Shown in pieces: positions 39,862 to 54,020 of a stretch of 64,000 bases of DNA. Below the pieces are notes generated by a model that saw only the letters and a program-made list of their open reading frames with translations, was not told the origin of the DNA and searched no databases. The DNA is from Podarcis filfolensis (Eukaryota): the NCBI GenBank assembly GCA_964270895.1, contig OZ185436.1; one strand, given 5' to 3'. Both the position numbers and the translations under genes were made by a program. Position 1 is the first letter of the stretch, and each line of letters opens with the position of its first letter.

Positions 39862-42800
39862 AAAAAAAGCTAAATTCCTCATGAGAGTTCATTACATCTC
39901 AGAGTAGTTTTGTGTGGCTGGAATAGTCATAGGTGCAGATTCCCATATGAATTTGTATGTACCATATGGAAGAAAAGGTGAAAGTGAAAATTATTGCTCA
40001 TTATATTTATATAGTGCCTCTCTCTTCTAGTGGCTTGACTCATTCTCCTCATATCTTTTAGAACCAGCTCAGCAGTCAGAAATCCAAGAAACATTGGGGG
40101 GAAGAATGTGCTCAACCTAAGCATCCAGCCTGAGTTGACCCAATTCTCTCTTCTAAATAAACACACAGACTACCCATTTTCAGGTGAAATACTCAGTGGA
40201 AACAATTTGATCAAGAGGATTTCCAGAGGGGATTAAGCAGGTTACTGTATTAAACCATAAAAAGGCATCTCTACTTACTTTTCTCTGGTAGTGGCTGTCC
40301 CCAGAACATTCAGTGCGGTTATCCCAGACCACAGTGGAGTTTTCAACTTTTTTCCAAATCCCTTGGTCCAAGCAGATTCTGTATACGTTTCTTGCACTTC
40401 CTAAATGTAAACAGACGCAAGCTCAAAGGTCAAGCCACACATTTCATTTTTCAGACATGGTTTAGTGCCGTCATCCTTTCATCACTTGCCTAGAGACCCC
40501 TGAAAATGGAGACTTGGCTGGATGTATGTGGCTCTTTGTAATGTCTGTTTATTTGGGAGGTAACTGTAGAAAGCTTAATATTTATCAATGGATTAACACT
40601 GTCAAATTCTCCTAATTCCTTGTTTCCAGAGCCCCTGTCAGTGCTTAAACCCAAGGGATAAGATTGTATTTCACTTAATTCCATCTTACATGCTTTCGAT
40701 TATTTGTGCTTGGGGTTGAGAAGCAGTCATTGATATTGTATAATTAACCAATTCAGGACTGCAGATTCCAAAGGGGGATTAAGTAAATCTGGCCACCTTC
40801 CCTCTTTCGTTCTTGTGTGATCTCATTGGCTCCTTTAAAGCTTGCTTGCTTGCTTCCTTGCCTCCCCATATTGTCTCCTCCTTACTACTGTAGGAGTCTG
40901 CTGACGAAATCATGTTTCTACCTTGGCTGTACATCATAATCCATACATCATACTATGTATGGAGTGTGGCAGAATTGGATTTCTGAGTATGTGTCAGGAG
41001 AGATTTGATTCAAGTATTTCTTTAAGAAGTTACCCTACGCCATCAGTGTTGAAGAGTTTCAGTTAGCAGTTTCTTTGCACGACTAGGATACCCAGTACAG
41101 AACTCTAGAAGGAAAGAGAAATGTTCTCATATATATATATTACAGCTTTGCAATGTGCATATATTTCCAAGTCTTGCCTTACCATTTTCTATCCATGGTA
41201 AATAATGTGGGCAGGGAACCGAGACTATTCCTGGAGGTGAATGAGGCCAGCAAACAAATTCATCAAAACTCCCATTGCAGTATATTCCTGAGAGAGAGGG
41301 AGAGTCTTTTAACATTCACTAAAGGATGCAGGCAGCTGATCACCAAGGAATGCAGTGTGTTCAAACCAAGCCACACTGATAAGATACATAACTCTGCACA
41401 TCTTGTAGCATTTAAATTAATACCTCTAAATGAAGTTTACAGTTTGATCATAAGCAGGGCTCAAAAGCAGGAGGGGATGCAGTTCCACTTCTTTGCAACA
41501 GACATAACAGAATCTGACCAAACTTGAAATGAAACCCTCTTACGTTCCTTTTTCTGCCGCTTTGAGCACTGAACGTAAGACTTACAGTGAAGCATACCAG
41601 CAGCCACCCTTGTGCTAAGCTGCTACTTGTGCTACTTAGATGAGCATTTCAGCTAGATATAGATGGTGATTTAGATTTCAAGCAAAGTTCTCAAGAACAT
41701 TTATCAATCAAACTTTGGGGACGGGGCATGAATGGAACCATGGCATCAAAACTACTGAGGCGAGCAACCAAAACAAGCACGAAGCTGGCTGATTATCATT
41801 TTGACCACATCATGACCACATATATCAACAGGAAATGAATGTAGGTGAGTGAGAACAAATATAACAAGATGTTCCCAAGAGGCCAAATGGTTAGTTGAAA
41901 GGATTAGAAATGAATAATCAACAAAATAATGATGATAGCATTCATACAGAATACCTCAGTAATTTTTATGACAACACATAAATATTATTATCTTGGCCAG
42001 ATCGCATCCTCATACCAAATGTCAGCAGGAAATGAATTAAGATGACTGACAGAAAACGAAACAAGATGTTCCCAAGGAGGTTCAGTAAATATTAACAACA
42101 ACAAACAGACATTTGCATAAATTATCTCAGTAAACAGCCACCTTAAGGTAGTAGTAGAAAAGTACTATTATCACAACCGTATTAAAAATGAAAGACTGAG
42201 GCTGAAGGAACAGTGGCTTGTCTATGCAAGTTCTTGTTTGAGATTATATTTGAACTACTTCTGTTCCAGCTCACACTCCCAGTCTGCACTGCACCAGCTT
42301 TGATAATACTGATGACTGTCAAACAAACAAGAACATGTCATAACAAATTCCTCTCCCTCTGGGAGACTGAGGATACCAAGGGTTTAATCCTTAGGCCCTG
42401 AGAAGGATATTCTCAGGGCAACATATCCAATATCCCATCTCCACTGCCAATGAAGCATTCATTGCCCTGACCCAACTGATGGTAGAGGCCAAATGGGGGC
42501 CTTTCAGGGGTGTGGAGGGAGACTGAGAAAGTGAGTTGACACCAAAGGATCCAAAAGCTGTTCTGATCCCGCAATATGCCGTCTTAGCATATTCAATAAA
42601 ATACATCCCATTCTTCTCCCTATCTTGCTCACCAAATTTCCACCATTTCTTGCTCTTTATACTTGCATCCATTTTGGTGAGAAGCCCTACTAGTCATGAT
42701 CTTTTAGCTATCACTGGGCAGTTTTCAGCTAACACATCCCACCAATGCGAGGATTTCCACTTGCAAATGGGAGTTTTATTTCTCCCCTCCCCCATGCACA

Positions 42801-45800
42801 CTCCCCAAATCTGCTCCACAGGGTTGAGGGAGCCCCTAGAATAGATTGCAGGGAAAGAGGGAGGGTGAATTCTCCACTGAACAAGCTGAAATCTTTGCAG
42901 TGACGTTAGGTTCATGTACTGCTGATTTGGATACAACACATTTCTACAAGCTTCGCAAACTATTACTTGTGTGTTGATGGTGGTGAAGGTTGCTTTCTTA
43001 CCTGGGCTGATCGCAGACTCGTGCAACATTTTCAAGCATGCTTCTTTATAGTTAAGCAAATTCACTCTTATTTTCTCATAAGATCCTTCAGCCTGCAAGC
43101 AAAGAAAAATTGCATATGAGCCATTTGAATATGGAAGTTAGTTGCTTCCCAAAAGGTGTGTTAAGAGAACGAGGTCAGCATTTTATATCTGTATTCTGGC
43201 AGCAGCTCGCCCAATTTGGTTTTGAGTGCCCCAACACCACACAGTAACAACCCACACTTCCCCCACTAAGCTATTCTCTTGGGGAAACATTTCTTCCAAC
43301 ACGTTTCCCTCAACAAAGTAAATAGGACATGTTAATTGCCAGTTACACAATGTTTGACATGTCAGCTCTTAGGCACTGTGGCAGCTTAGTGAATGGCTGA
43401 TTTTTAACATTGGACATGAAACAAAATGTTACTGGATGACAGATTGAGACAGCTAAAGTGGAGAGGCTAAACTTAAATGAGAGGTTGTCTTCAGGAGTTG
43501 CATCCAGTCAAATATAATAACCCTTCCCTTAGTATGTGAGGTGACACATTGTCAGTTTACCAGTGGCCAAGCAGTCCGAAGGACGCAAGTTCATATTGGC
43601 ACCTCCATGCTCTCTTCTTACCCCGTTTTTATCTCCCAGCAATGTTCTTTAGTTTTCTTTATTTAATTACACCCTGAATAAAATATGCCCCCCGGCAGGT
43701 AAGCCCCACCCTGCATAATCAATCACAAGACACAGTGTGCACACAACATTTGAATGGCAATGCCCATCAACTCCCCACCACCACCACCTCAAATATGTTA
43801 CTGGGAGGGACAAAGGTACCTTGGCCCCTAGGAGTGGCTTCTATGCACCCTGCACTCTTTAATCATTCTTTCAGGTTCTTGCATACCTCCATACTGAGAA
43901 TGGGTTCTGGTGTGGTGGGAACATAAGAAGAGGCATGCTCAATCAGATCAAACACTGATCTAGCCCAGCATCATGCTTCACACAGTGGCGAACCACATGT
44001 TTATAGAAATCCTACAAGCAAGAGTCTTCTCCCACTTGTGCTCATCTGTAGCTGGAAATTCAAGGGGCCACTGACAGGCAGATTCATGGAGGGCAAGTCC
44101 AGTTGCCTTTGAGAGCCACCTACTCAGCCTTGCCCAACTTAGTAACCTCCAAATAATTTTGGAGTACAATTCCCATCATCCCTGACCATTTGCCATGTTG
44201 GCTGAAGCAGATGGGAGTTGTAGTCCAAAACATCTGGAGGGCACTAAGTTGAGGGAAGGTCAAAGTAGCTGAAAGTGACGGCTGATTCTCGTTGTGAGGG
44301 ATGCTGTGGAAGAGGACAGAAGATGGAATTAGCATAAGGGATATCCATATTAATGGTGTTTATAGACTTGTTATAATTTCTGGAATGTATTGAAAGACTG
44401 GAATGTATTACTGATGTCTTTGGCCTCCTTTTTGTTTCTGCTTCAATATTTCATAGCTGTTTTCTGTGATGGTTTTGTTTTATTCTTGATTATGTATTTT
44501 AATAACATAAAAGAAGAAGAAAAATGAACATTTTTTAGGACACTTAATATAAATCCAGTTTTCTAAGATCTCCCAAACTCAACTGTAAATAATTGCATCC
44601 GCTGTGGCTTTGCTAACTGCTGTATTTAGATAGTTGAAATCATCCTCTAAATACTAACTAGAGGTAATTCACCAGACCTAAGCCAAAATGTCAGGTATAA
44701 GTGGAGCCTACTTTTAGCCCTCTGGCAGTATTGGCATACCATGAAGTCTTATTACACCACAAAAACTGTGCCCTGACTTCTCCCTGGAAGGACAGATCCT
44801 GAAGCTAAGGCTCCAATACTTTGGCCACCTCATGAGAAGAGAATACTCCCTGGAAAAGACCCTGATGTTGGGAAAGATTGAGGGCACAAGGAGAAGGGGA
44901 CGGCAGAGGATGAGATGGTTGGACAGTGTTCTCGAAGCTACGAACATGAGTTTAACCAAACTGTGGGAGGCAGTGGAAGACAGGAGTGCCTGGCGTGCTC
45001 TGGTCCATGGGGTCATGAAGAGTCGGACACGACTAAACAACTAAACAACAATAACAACAACAAAGCGTGTGCAGAATTGTATTGTTAGTATAGCATAGAT
45101 ATAGAACAGCAATTGAACACTACCAGTTTTCTCCACTTTAAATACTACAAAAAAATTAGTCTGTGCATACACTCCTATAGTCTTCTCTTTCACATCTCTC
45201 CTATTCTTGTATTTTTCTGTAAGGGTGAAATCTGAGAAAAGCAATTTCCTACTGCATCGCCAACCAAGTGCACCATGTAATCCCATACATTCTAGAAAAC
45301 GAGATAAAACAATGGGTACACTTGGAGAGACACAGACCATGCTTAAAGCATGGAAGGAAGAAGCAGGCAAACTGTCCCCAACCCCAACCCCATCCCCACT
45401 AATCCCACTAGCTCACCACCCACTTATCCACCACACAGACAAAATCTCCAGATAAAAACCTGGCAAGCCAAAGGCCTATATGGCCTAGCAGACCTCTACA
45501 AAAATAACAAACCCATAGTGACACAAGAAATTCAAAACAAACTAGGGGACACCCAAATACCCTGACTAACACACCACCAACTGCACACCTTCCTAAACAA
45601 TCCAGTAGTAAAATCAACAGCCACTAGGCCCTTGACCACCTTCTAAAATCATCTCATAACAACAACAGGCCATGACAAGGGGATGGTATCCACAATATAC
45701 AAAACACTGCTCCAAAGCCCCACAAAACCCCTAGATGCAATCAAAAAACAATGGGAGGATGACCTAGACTACGAAATTAACTCCACCCAATGGACTAGAA

Positions 45801-48800
45801 TGTAGTCTAAACCTACCTTTAAATCCATATCGCGAAAAGAAAAGAACTCACTCTGAAACTCACTTACAGATGGTACCTAACACCATGGAAACTGGCGCTG
45901 ATACGCCTAGGAACCTCACTAAAATGCTGGAGAGGATGCACCTCCACAGGCACATACCTCCACATGTGGTGGGAATGCCCCCAAACCCAACTCTTCTGGA
46001 CAGCAGTCATACAAGAAATAAGCAAAATAACTAAACAGGTACTAGAAGACATCCCAGAATTGACCCTACTGAACATTTTCCAAAATAACAATGCCCACTC
46101 ACACTATAAAGAGCTCATAACCCATCTACTCTCAGTAGACAGAGACATCATAGCCAGACAATGGAAGGACCTGTCAGGATTAAACATGGAACCCTGGTAT
46201 CAAGTAGTATGGGAAACAGACTTAAACAGCTAACCAATAGACTGAAACTGACACAAATATAGCGGTACCTCGGGTTACAGACGCTTCAGGTTACAGACTC
46301 TGCTAACCCAGAAATAGTACCTCAGGTTAAGAACTTTGCTTCAGGATGAGAACAGAAATTGTGCGGTACCTCAGGTTAAGAACAGTTTCAGATTAAGAAC
46401 AGACCTCCAGAACAAATTAAGTTTTTAACCCGAGGTACCACTGTAGAAGAAGACGCCTTCACCCCGGTATGGCTCCCCTTTATCACATACACAGCCCAAC
46501 AAGACAACAACACGAACCCACAGACAGCATACAATTCAATATGGCTAACTTAACAACCCCCTCCCCACGCACAAACAAATCAACCATACCCTAGGCCACC
46601 CCAACCTCTCTCACCACCAAGGAAACATAACAAGCGAATAGAAAGAGAACCTACTCAAGTGATGCTGACACAAAGCCCCACACATACACTAAGTAAAAGA
46701 ACATAAGCTTTACCACCCTCTCTCTCCCATCCCTCTTCCTTTTCCCCAACTCTGTACTGCATATAACACCAATGTCTTACAACAAATGTAACTGATCTGT
46801 AGAAAACACAACCTGAAGAAAGAGACAATGCATGTGCTTTTGTAAACGAGGAAAATCTTTAATAAAAAATATTTTAAAAAAAACAAATGTAAATGTGACA
46901 CATCTGAATGTGATTCTGTGTCACGGGGGGGGGGGGGACTGACATTCTCTCCACTGCTCTCATAAGACAGACAAGGGAGTTTTGATCAACTTTGACTTGA
47001 AACTTACTAGTTTTACAAACTGCTATTCCTGATATAAGTCCCTTCCACCACTTGAGCATGCAGAAACGCAATATATGCACCGCCTTCCTCAATACGACGT
47101 GAAACAGAAATGCTGACCTTGGCAATAAACTTTAATGTCTGTGAAACATCAAAACACACACACAAAAACTCTACAACTTCCCACTTACATTTTTATTTCC
47201 TTCTTTCTCTCATATTGGCCCTCCTCCCATGTTTTACCTTTTCTATCTTTCATTCCCCTTCTATTTTTCAGTGCAGAGCCAAGCTAACTGCTGACTTCTT
47301 TGGGGGGAGAGAGAATCTTTTCTGTTACGCACTTGACATCTTCTGTTCCTGATCAAAGCAGTTTTGGTGTGTTGACAGGTTTTATCTTATTGCTGAGGCA
47401 TTGCTGTCTACTGAAATGACAGGCGTATAATAGAAACTCTTCTCTACTAGCAGCTCCAGTGCCGTTGCAAGGTAGAATATTCAGAGACCTCAGACATATA
47501 CATTCCTCTTTCTCAACAACTGGTGCCTCCCCTCTCCTGCTGATGTTTGTCCCTTAGTAAGTCTGCCCACTTGAACTCACAGTAATCTCATGTTCAGAAT
47601 GAAAGCCCTTCCCAGAACAGTAAACCAAAATTTACAAATGCAGGAGTGTTGGTTAAAGCTGTAATCCTAAACAAACTTACAAGGCAGTAAGCCCCTTTGA
47701 GATCAATGGAACATATGACTAGGTAATCATTCATAGGTGTGCTGTAAGTGATGCTAAAAGGTGGTTCTAAAGCCAAAGGCAATATTTTGATGTTTATGTA
47801 ACTTGATAATTGCAAAATTAGAGTCATCATCCCATTTTTGCCTACCCTCTAAAACTGCAAGCTAGAACAATATAACCTCACTTGGCACCATGCTAGCTGA
47901 TTTATATTTAAATGGGTACTTATTTCCCAACTTTCTAGTCTGTTGAAGGGGACAAAGTTGGGAAACGTAGATTTGTGAAAGTGCAGAAAAGCCTCATGCA
48001 CTCTGTGGCCATATATTTATCATCAATATAAACTGGTTTAGCTGCCACAGCTTCCCCTCAAAGAACCTTGGAATTTTAGTCTAGGGATCCTACATAAACA
48101 ATTTTTCATAAACTTACAAAATTTCCCACCCCCCAGACATCCCTGATAGCATCCACTGCTGTTAAGCACAGACTTAAATGTGAGGAGTAGGCATACTTTA
48201 AAAAAAAACAGACCAATTATTAAGGATTTTCTTAGGTTACAATACTACAAACATTGTTCCTACTTCCATTATCATAAAGTGCTTTCTATAGATTGGTTAT
48301 GTTTGATGTGAGACTTTAATGTTGTTGAGTAGGAATGCTTATAAATTGTTGGAAGATATCCATTTTTAACGGCTGAATTCTCCTGCATCAAAAGGAAATC
48401 AAATTGATTGACTTGAGTGACGATACGTCTGCCTACCAACTGACACTTCCTGAAACTGGCATGGTCAGGACGTGACGCAAATTTGATGGTAGAAGGCCCC
48501 ACTTAATAAAGTGAATGGAAATTGGTCGTTTATCATCCATATAATATGTAATTGTATCTTGCAGCAGCAACGGTCCTGCAGGGTGGATGAGTGATGTTAT
48601 TGGTTAAAATGGTCCATTAGCGTTCTGTTGTCACACTGACTCCAAGTGTCATAACCTCTGGTTTTAAACAATGAAATATGACTGATTGTCATTAATTGGC
48701 TTGAGGGCAGCCGCCTGAGTTGCAACCCAGTTAAGGAAAAGTACTTGAGTTGAAGATGATGGAAGGGATGTCTGCAATCTAATGCAATTTACTTCTTTAA

Positions 48801-48944
48801 ACCAATTTAACTGCTTTCGCTTTCCTCTACAATATTCTGCAGATTTTCAGCTGAGTGAAGTTGTTAAAGATCCTTAGTCTGCCTGCCCAAAGAACTACCG
48901 TTCCCTATTATACAGGTATGGCCTCTTCACAGCTGACACCCTCC

Positions 48945-48981
<37 letters not shown>

Positions 48982-51900
48982 ACGTGTACACGTCTGGAGC
49001 GGAGGGGGAGTCATGGGAAGGTGAGAAAGCCCTGCTAGATCTGGCCAATGGTCCACATAGTCCATCATCCTGTTCTCATAGTGGCCAATCGGATGCCTCT
49101 GGGACCTGAACACAAGAGCACTGTCCCCTCCTGAGGTTTCCAGCAGCTAGTATTCACAAGCATTACTCCTTCCAAGTGTGGAGGCAGAGCATAGCAATCA
49201 TGGTTAGGAGCATGGAGTGGCCCCAGAACTCCATAAAAAGAAAAGGATCTTCAAGCACTAAAGTTCCTTTGAGGATTAGCATTGACTGTTCAACCATGCC
49301 AGTTTATACGGCAGGTGTGCCACTATTTCTGTTGACGTACACAAGGCCTTTGATTCTTTGGTTTAACTGGGATCTGGAGTACATCGCCAGTGTTGATTGC
49401 ATATGTCATTTAATTTTTTTCATACTAAACATATTTTTTTTTACATCCATATAGGAATTGGAAGTATCCAAGAGAACCTTTGGGATGATCTTAACCAAAA
49501 ATGGAAGATGAGTTACTTTTGGACAATTGCCCAAATGGCCGGGTCAGCGTTTTGAACAGATGCCCACCCTTGCAATCTCCCTTGAAAGTGACTGCCCATA
49601 CAGAGAAGTGTTCCAGGGAAAAAGATGTTTGTCACAGAGCTGAATTAATGCCCTTCCCACATGTGTGCGATGTCTCGAGCTGTTAACAGCTTGGCAAATG
49701 TCCCTGCGCTGGCAGGGAGACACTGAACAAAATGCTTCCCTTAAGCTTCAGTGAGGAAGAAACTTTGTTCCAGGATTGGTTGCTAAATTCTTCAAGAGAA
49801 GCACAGAATATGAACAGAGTTATCTTTTCCTGTTTTCCTTCCAACAATTCCCTGAGCTTCGCACTGTGAACTTTTGACCTCTTTGGCCAACTGTCTGCAA
49901 CTTGATCATTCTGTGCCCTCCGTTTGGCAGAAACACACTCTCCTGCCATGCTCTTGTGCAGTCCAGTGGGATTTGCGCAGAAAAAGTGTCCGGCAGTTTG
50001 TGCCCTGTGTGAATGAGTGGGCGTGTGCATTCAATTTAAATGATCTTCCTCAGGCATTAAAACGAGCCAACTCTCAGCAGCTTTCTGGCTCCAGCCTTCA
50101 TCATGTCCCAACACTCTTTCTGACTCTCTTCCTTCTCCCAGACTCTCTGAAGCCATCCTTTCCCAGACATCAAAACCCACAGCTGGGCAAGGCCTGCATT
50201 AGGACACACCAAACTGTCACAAAACAGCAGCTCTGAAAGTCTTCACCAGGCAAGATGAAATAGTGGGTGGTAGGAATGAAGGACTAGGGAAAATACCCCC
50301 CATTATAAAAAAAAACTAGTCTGGATGTTGTAGCCAAAAAGGTCAGCTTGAATATGGCTGCATACAAACCATTCATTTAAAGCACATGGTTTTCCCCAAA
50401 GACTCCTGGGAGGTCTTGTTTACCCCTCCCAGAGCTACAATCCCCAGGACCCTTAACAAACGGCAGGTCCCAGGATCCTGTGGGAAAGTAATGTGCTTTA
50501 ATGCACTGTGTGTTTGCAGCCTATGTCTCTGCTACGTGCTACAAGCTTCGCAGTTTCCCAGTCTCTAGTCTGGGTGCCTCTCTATTTTCTAGCCACAACC
50601 CCCACTGCTGTTTCAGTTTTAAGTCTTCTGCCACATCATCTGGGTCAGAAAAGCCACAGCACCTCCAGATTTGAAGGAGAGAAATAAATCTCTCTTGCAC
50701 CAAAACAGGCAGCATATAAATCTTGAGAACTGATCAGAGAGGAAAACCGATAACGCAGAGGGTCGATTAATGAGCCCAGTGTCGAGAGCACAAAGAGTCA
50801 CTTGATGATCATTCAAGATAAAACTATTTACAAAAAAGCCATGAGAGAGGAATTCTCCTTTAGGGACAGGAACCAAATGGATTTTTCCCACCTACTCTTT
50901 CCCCCTCTCTGCTTCCCCTCCCCAAATGTAAGCGATGAGAGGAGGTTTGTTGGTCAGTGAACCTTGTCTTAAGAGGCATGGAATGGGGATGACGCAGTTG
51001 TTTTGTGGAAAGCTCGCTGGGCTCAGAAAACAGTTTGGCTTTCAAATGAACAAGGGGGATAGCAAGCAGCCTTGAAAGGGCAAATCAAGAGTGAGCCTAC
51101 AGGTGCTCTTCATCTCCTCGGGCTTAGTGTCAAGATGCATGGGATGTTCATTGGCCATGTGTAGTGTTCTCCATGACGGTGTCTGTGCGTGGGTGTTCAC
51201 AAAGTGCAAACAATTAATTTTTTTGGAAAATGTGGCTGTAGAGGCCCTTCTGTGGGTGGGAGGGGGGGAGGGAGAGGCTCCTTAACTCTATCCCACCAGT
51301 GCAAATGGGCACTGGCAAGAATTTTTCCACTGAACGCAAAGAACATTCCAAATAATTGGAAGAATGGTGGGGATAATTTGATGTAGCACTAGGGAGATTG
51401 CTCTGTCAACACAAACATTTTTGCTTGGCTAATGGAACAACCTCCCCTCCCCTCATGTGCTGTTCTGTAGTTTCTCCCACTCCCCCCTAAGCCAATTTGG
51501 GGGTGCATGGGGATGGGGAGGGGGGGTAAGCCTAGTTGTACTAACATAAGTCCTTGCATGGGCTTCTACTAGCAGAACTGGTTAGCTGAAACTGAGCAAT
51601 CATCTGCCCATTTTGCCTCATATCTCAGGTTCTAAGTATGTTTAAAATTTACCATGTGGGCTTTTTAAAGCTGGGAATCTGGGGGTTATTCAGTGGGGCA
51701 AATTTTCCCCTCCCCCTTGTGGATGCCCATGCTGTGGAGACTCCAGTTTGAAGCAGTTTGCAACAAACAAACAAACATTGGGGGGGAGGCTCCTTAACCT
51801 TCTCTCCTCTTCCATTTTACATTTTAAACCAGGGCTGGGAAACTCTTGGCCCTTCAGATATGGCAAATAGTAATGCTGTTCTCACCAAGACCTTCAAATA

Positions 51901-52067
51901 TGAAGTCCCCACCCCCTTTGTGCCTCTGGAATTATTTAAAAGACTTGCGTAAGACCAGAACATCAAAATTAGGCATTACACATCATTGCAATAGCTAGGA
52001 TTTGGCATACAAAGTAATGGAAAGCAAACCTGATAAACAACTAAATATTAGCCAGATTGTATAAATA

Positions 52068-52115
<48 letters not shown>

Positions 52116-53941
52116 ATGCTAGAGAAGTTCTTCATAAATGGTGGCTCAATATATAAAATTTAAGTATTTACAGATGGAGTAAATTTATAAATTGAATGTT
52201 TAGGTAATCATTTGTCAAAAAAGGTTAGGTGGAAAATGACGGGTAACAGCCTTATCCACATATAGTTTATCACTCATCCTAAGTTTCTTCATACTCAATA
52301 TATGTTAAATATAATATTTCATTTTAAAACTAGTCCAGAAACATCTGGAGATTCCCCATCACTGTGCTAAACATTCTTCCCCGGTAATTGCTTTCCCTGC
52401 CTTTTAAAACATGGCTGCTCTCTATTCCTTTGTTTTGTTTTTAACACAGAGAAATGTCCTTACTTGCCAGGTTGCAACCTGGAGATTCTCCTTTTAACTT
52501 TTGAAATGTGTTGCTGAATTCTACTCCTCCCTCCCTTGGTGCTGTTATCCGCTTCTCTCACCTGTCACATGTGCCACGAGGGATAGGAGAACGTGCCCAT
52601 TTCTCATTCTCTCATTTTCCAATCTTAAGTTCAGCTCTGCACATTTCCACATCAGTTTCTGATTTTCTTTTTTAAAAAAATAAAGCCCTTTTGAAAATTC
52701 ATCAGCATTTTAGTGCCACTTTCTCCCGATATACACATTTTTGTGAAGCAATTTTTTTTCTGAACACAGCACATTTTTGTTTGTTAGCTTTGCATTTTTG
52801 TGCATTTTTATACCCTAGTACATCTGTTTTGTACACATCACTTGGCTGGGGAAATGCATTGCAAAATTCAGAGAAGAGCGATTCCCCGCCCCCCAAAAAA
52901 GTGCAAATCAGGTGGTGCAAATGCGAATGGCATCAAATTTCTGCTCCATCCATATGTACCACCCTGCAGAAAGATAGGGGGCTCGACAGCAGAGATAAAG
53001 GGGAAATGGTTACTGCCCTAGTCTTCCAATTCTGAAGCAAATCCAAAATAAAGGAGGGCTCTCCACATCACAATCTGGCAATCCCACGCCAGCTTCAAGA
53101 GGGTTTCTGTATTAACAAAAAACACACCGTAAGAATGGGAAACAAAAATCTCGCAGGAGGGGGAACCCATTCACTTCATTTTAAAAGATTTTTACGCAAT
53201 AAGATGCAGCCTTTTCTCTTCCGTCTTCTTGTTCCTCTGGCTCTGCTGCCTACAGAGGCTAGTTTCTCCACCAGCCATCCTCCCTACAGCAATATTTTCA
53301 GTCCTGACCATGGCCCAGCTCTGAAGCTTCAGTTAAATGTCTAGTGCTATAGCCTGGGGGTGCAGAAGGAGCCTGCTGGTGAGGAAGCAATTTCTCTTAT
53401 ATTAATTATTGTGATTATGACTATCACCACCACCACTGATTTATGAATCACCTTCTAAACAACCGTCTCAATGTGATTCACAGTAAAGATTTCTTGAGGT
53501 CAAAGGCTGAGAAGAACAAGTACTGAGGGCGCTTCCAGATGAACATGCATCCCTATTTGGTTGCTGGGACGTCAGATGATGTTGCACCAAAGCAAGTGTC
53601 ACTCCACACTTTCCGTTGCATTTTCTTGTCACCTTCCTTGCTGCAAAAAGTCTGACTCCCCCCCCCCCCAAAGCAGGTTTGCTGCACAATCTGCATGACC
53701 TCAATTTAACACTGTGTGATTGAATCCCAATCCAGAATAGTGACTTCAGAATATTCAAGGGGCCTTTCTGGGCGACAAAAGTAAATAGCACTGCTGCTCA
53801 TGCTATTCTTAGCACTAGAGCAACCCTAGCCTGACCCTGAGAAGCAGTGCGCTCTTCGGTACCCTTGCAAGAGATGTGGTCAGGTTCTTCTTCCTGTACG
53901 GCATAAGAACTAGGCTGCAGGGGTCTTGGCTGCTCAGAGCA

Positions 53942-54020
<79 letters not shown>

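Noticed and set aside
49150-49300. Minus-strand hydrophobic peptide ([22 protein letters not shown]) considered as GLP2R exon 1
   Set aside because: No phase-0 donor in that frame and it ends in a stop. The exon at 56148-56216 has the IKQ|gt junction and fits much better.
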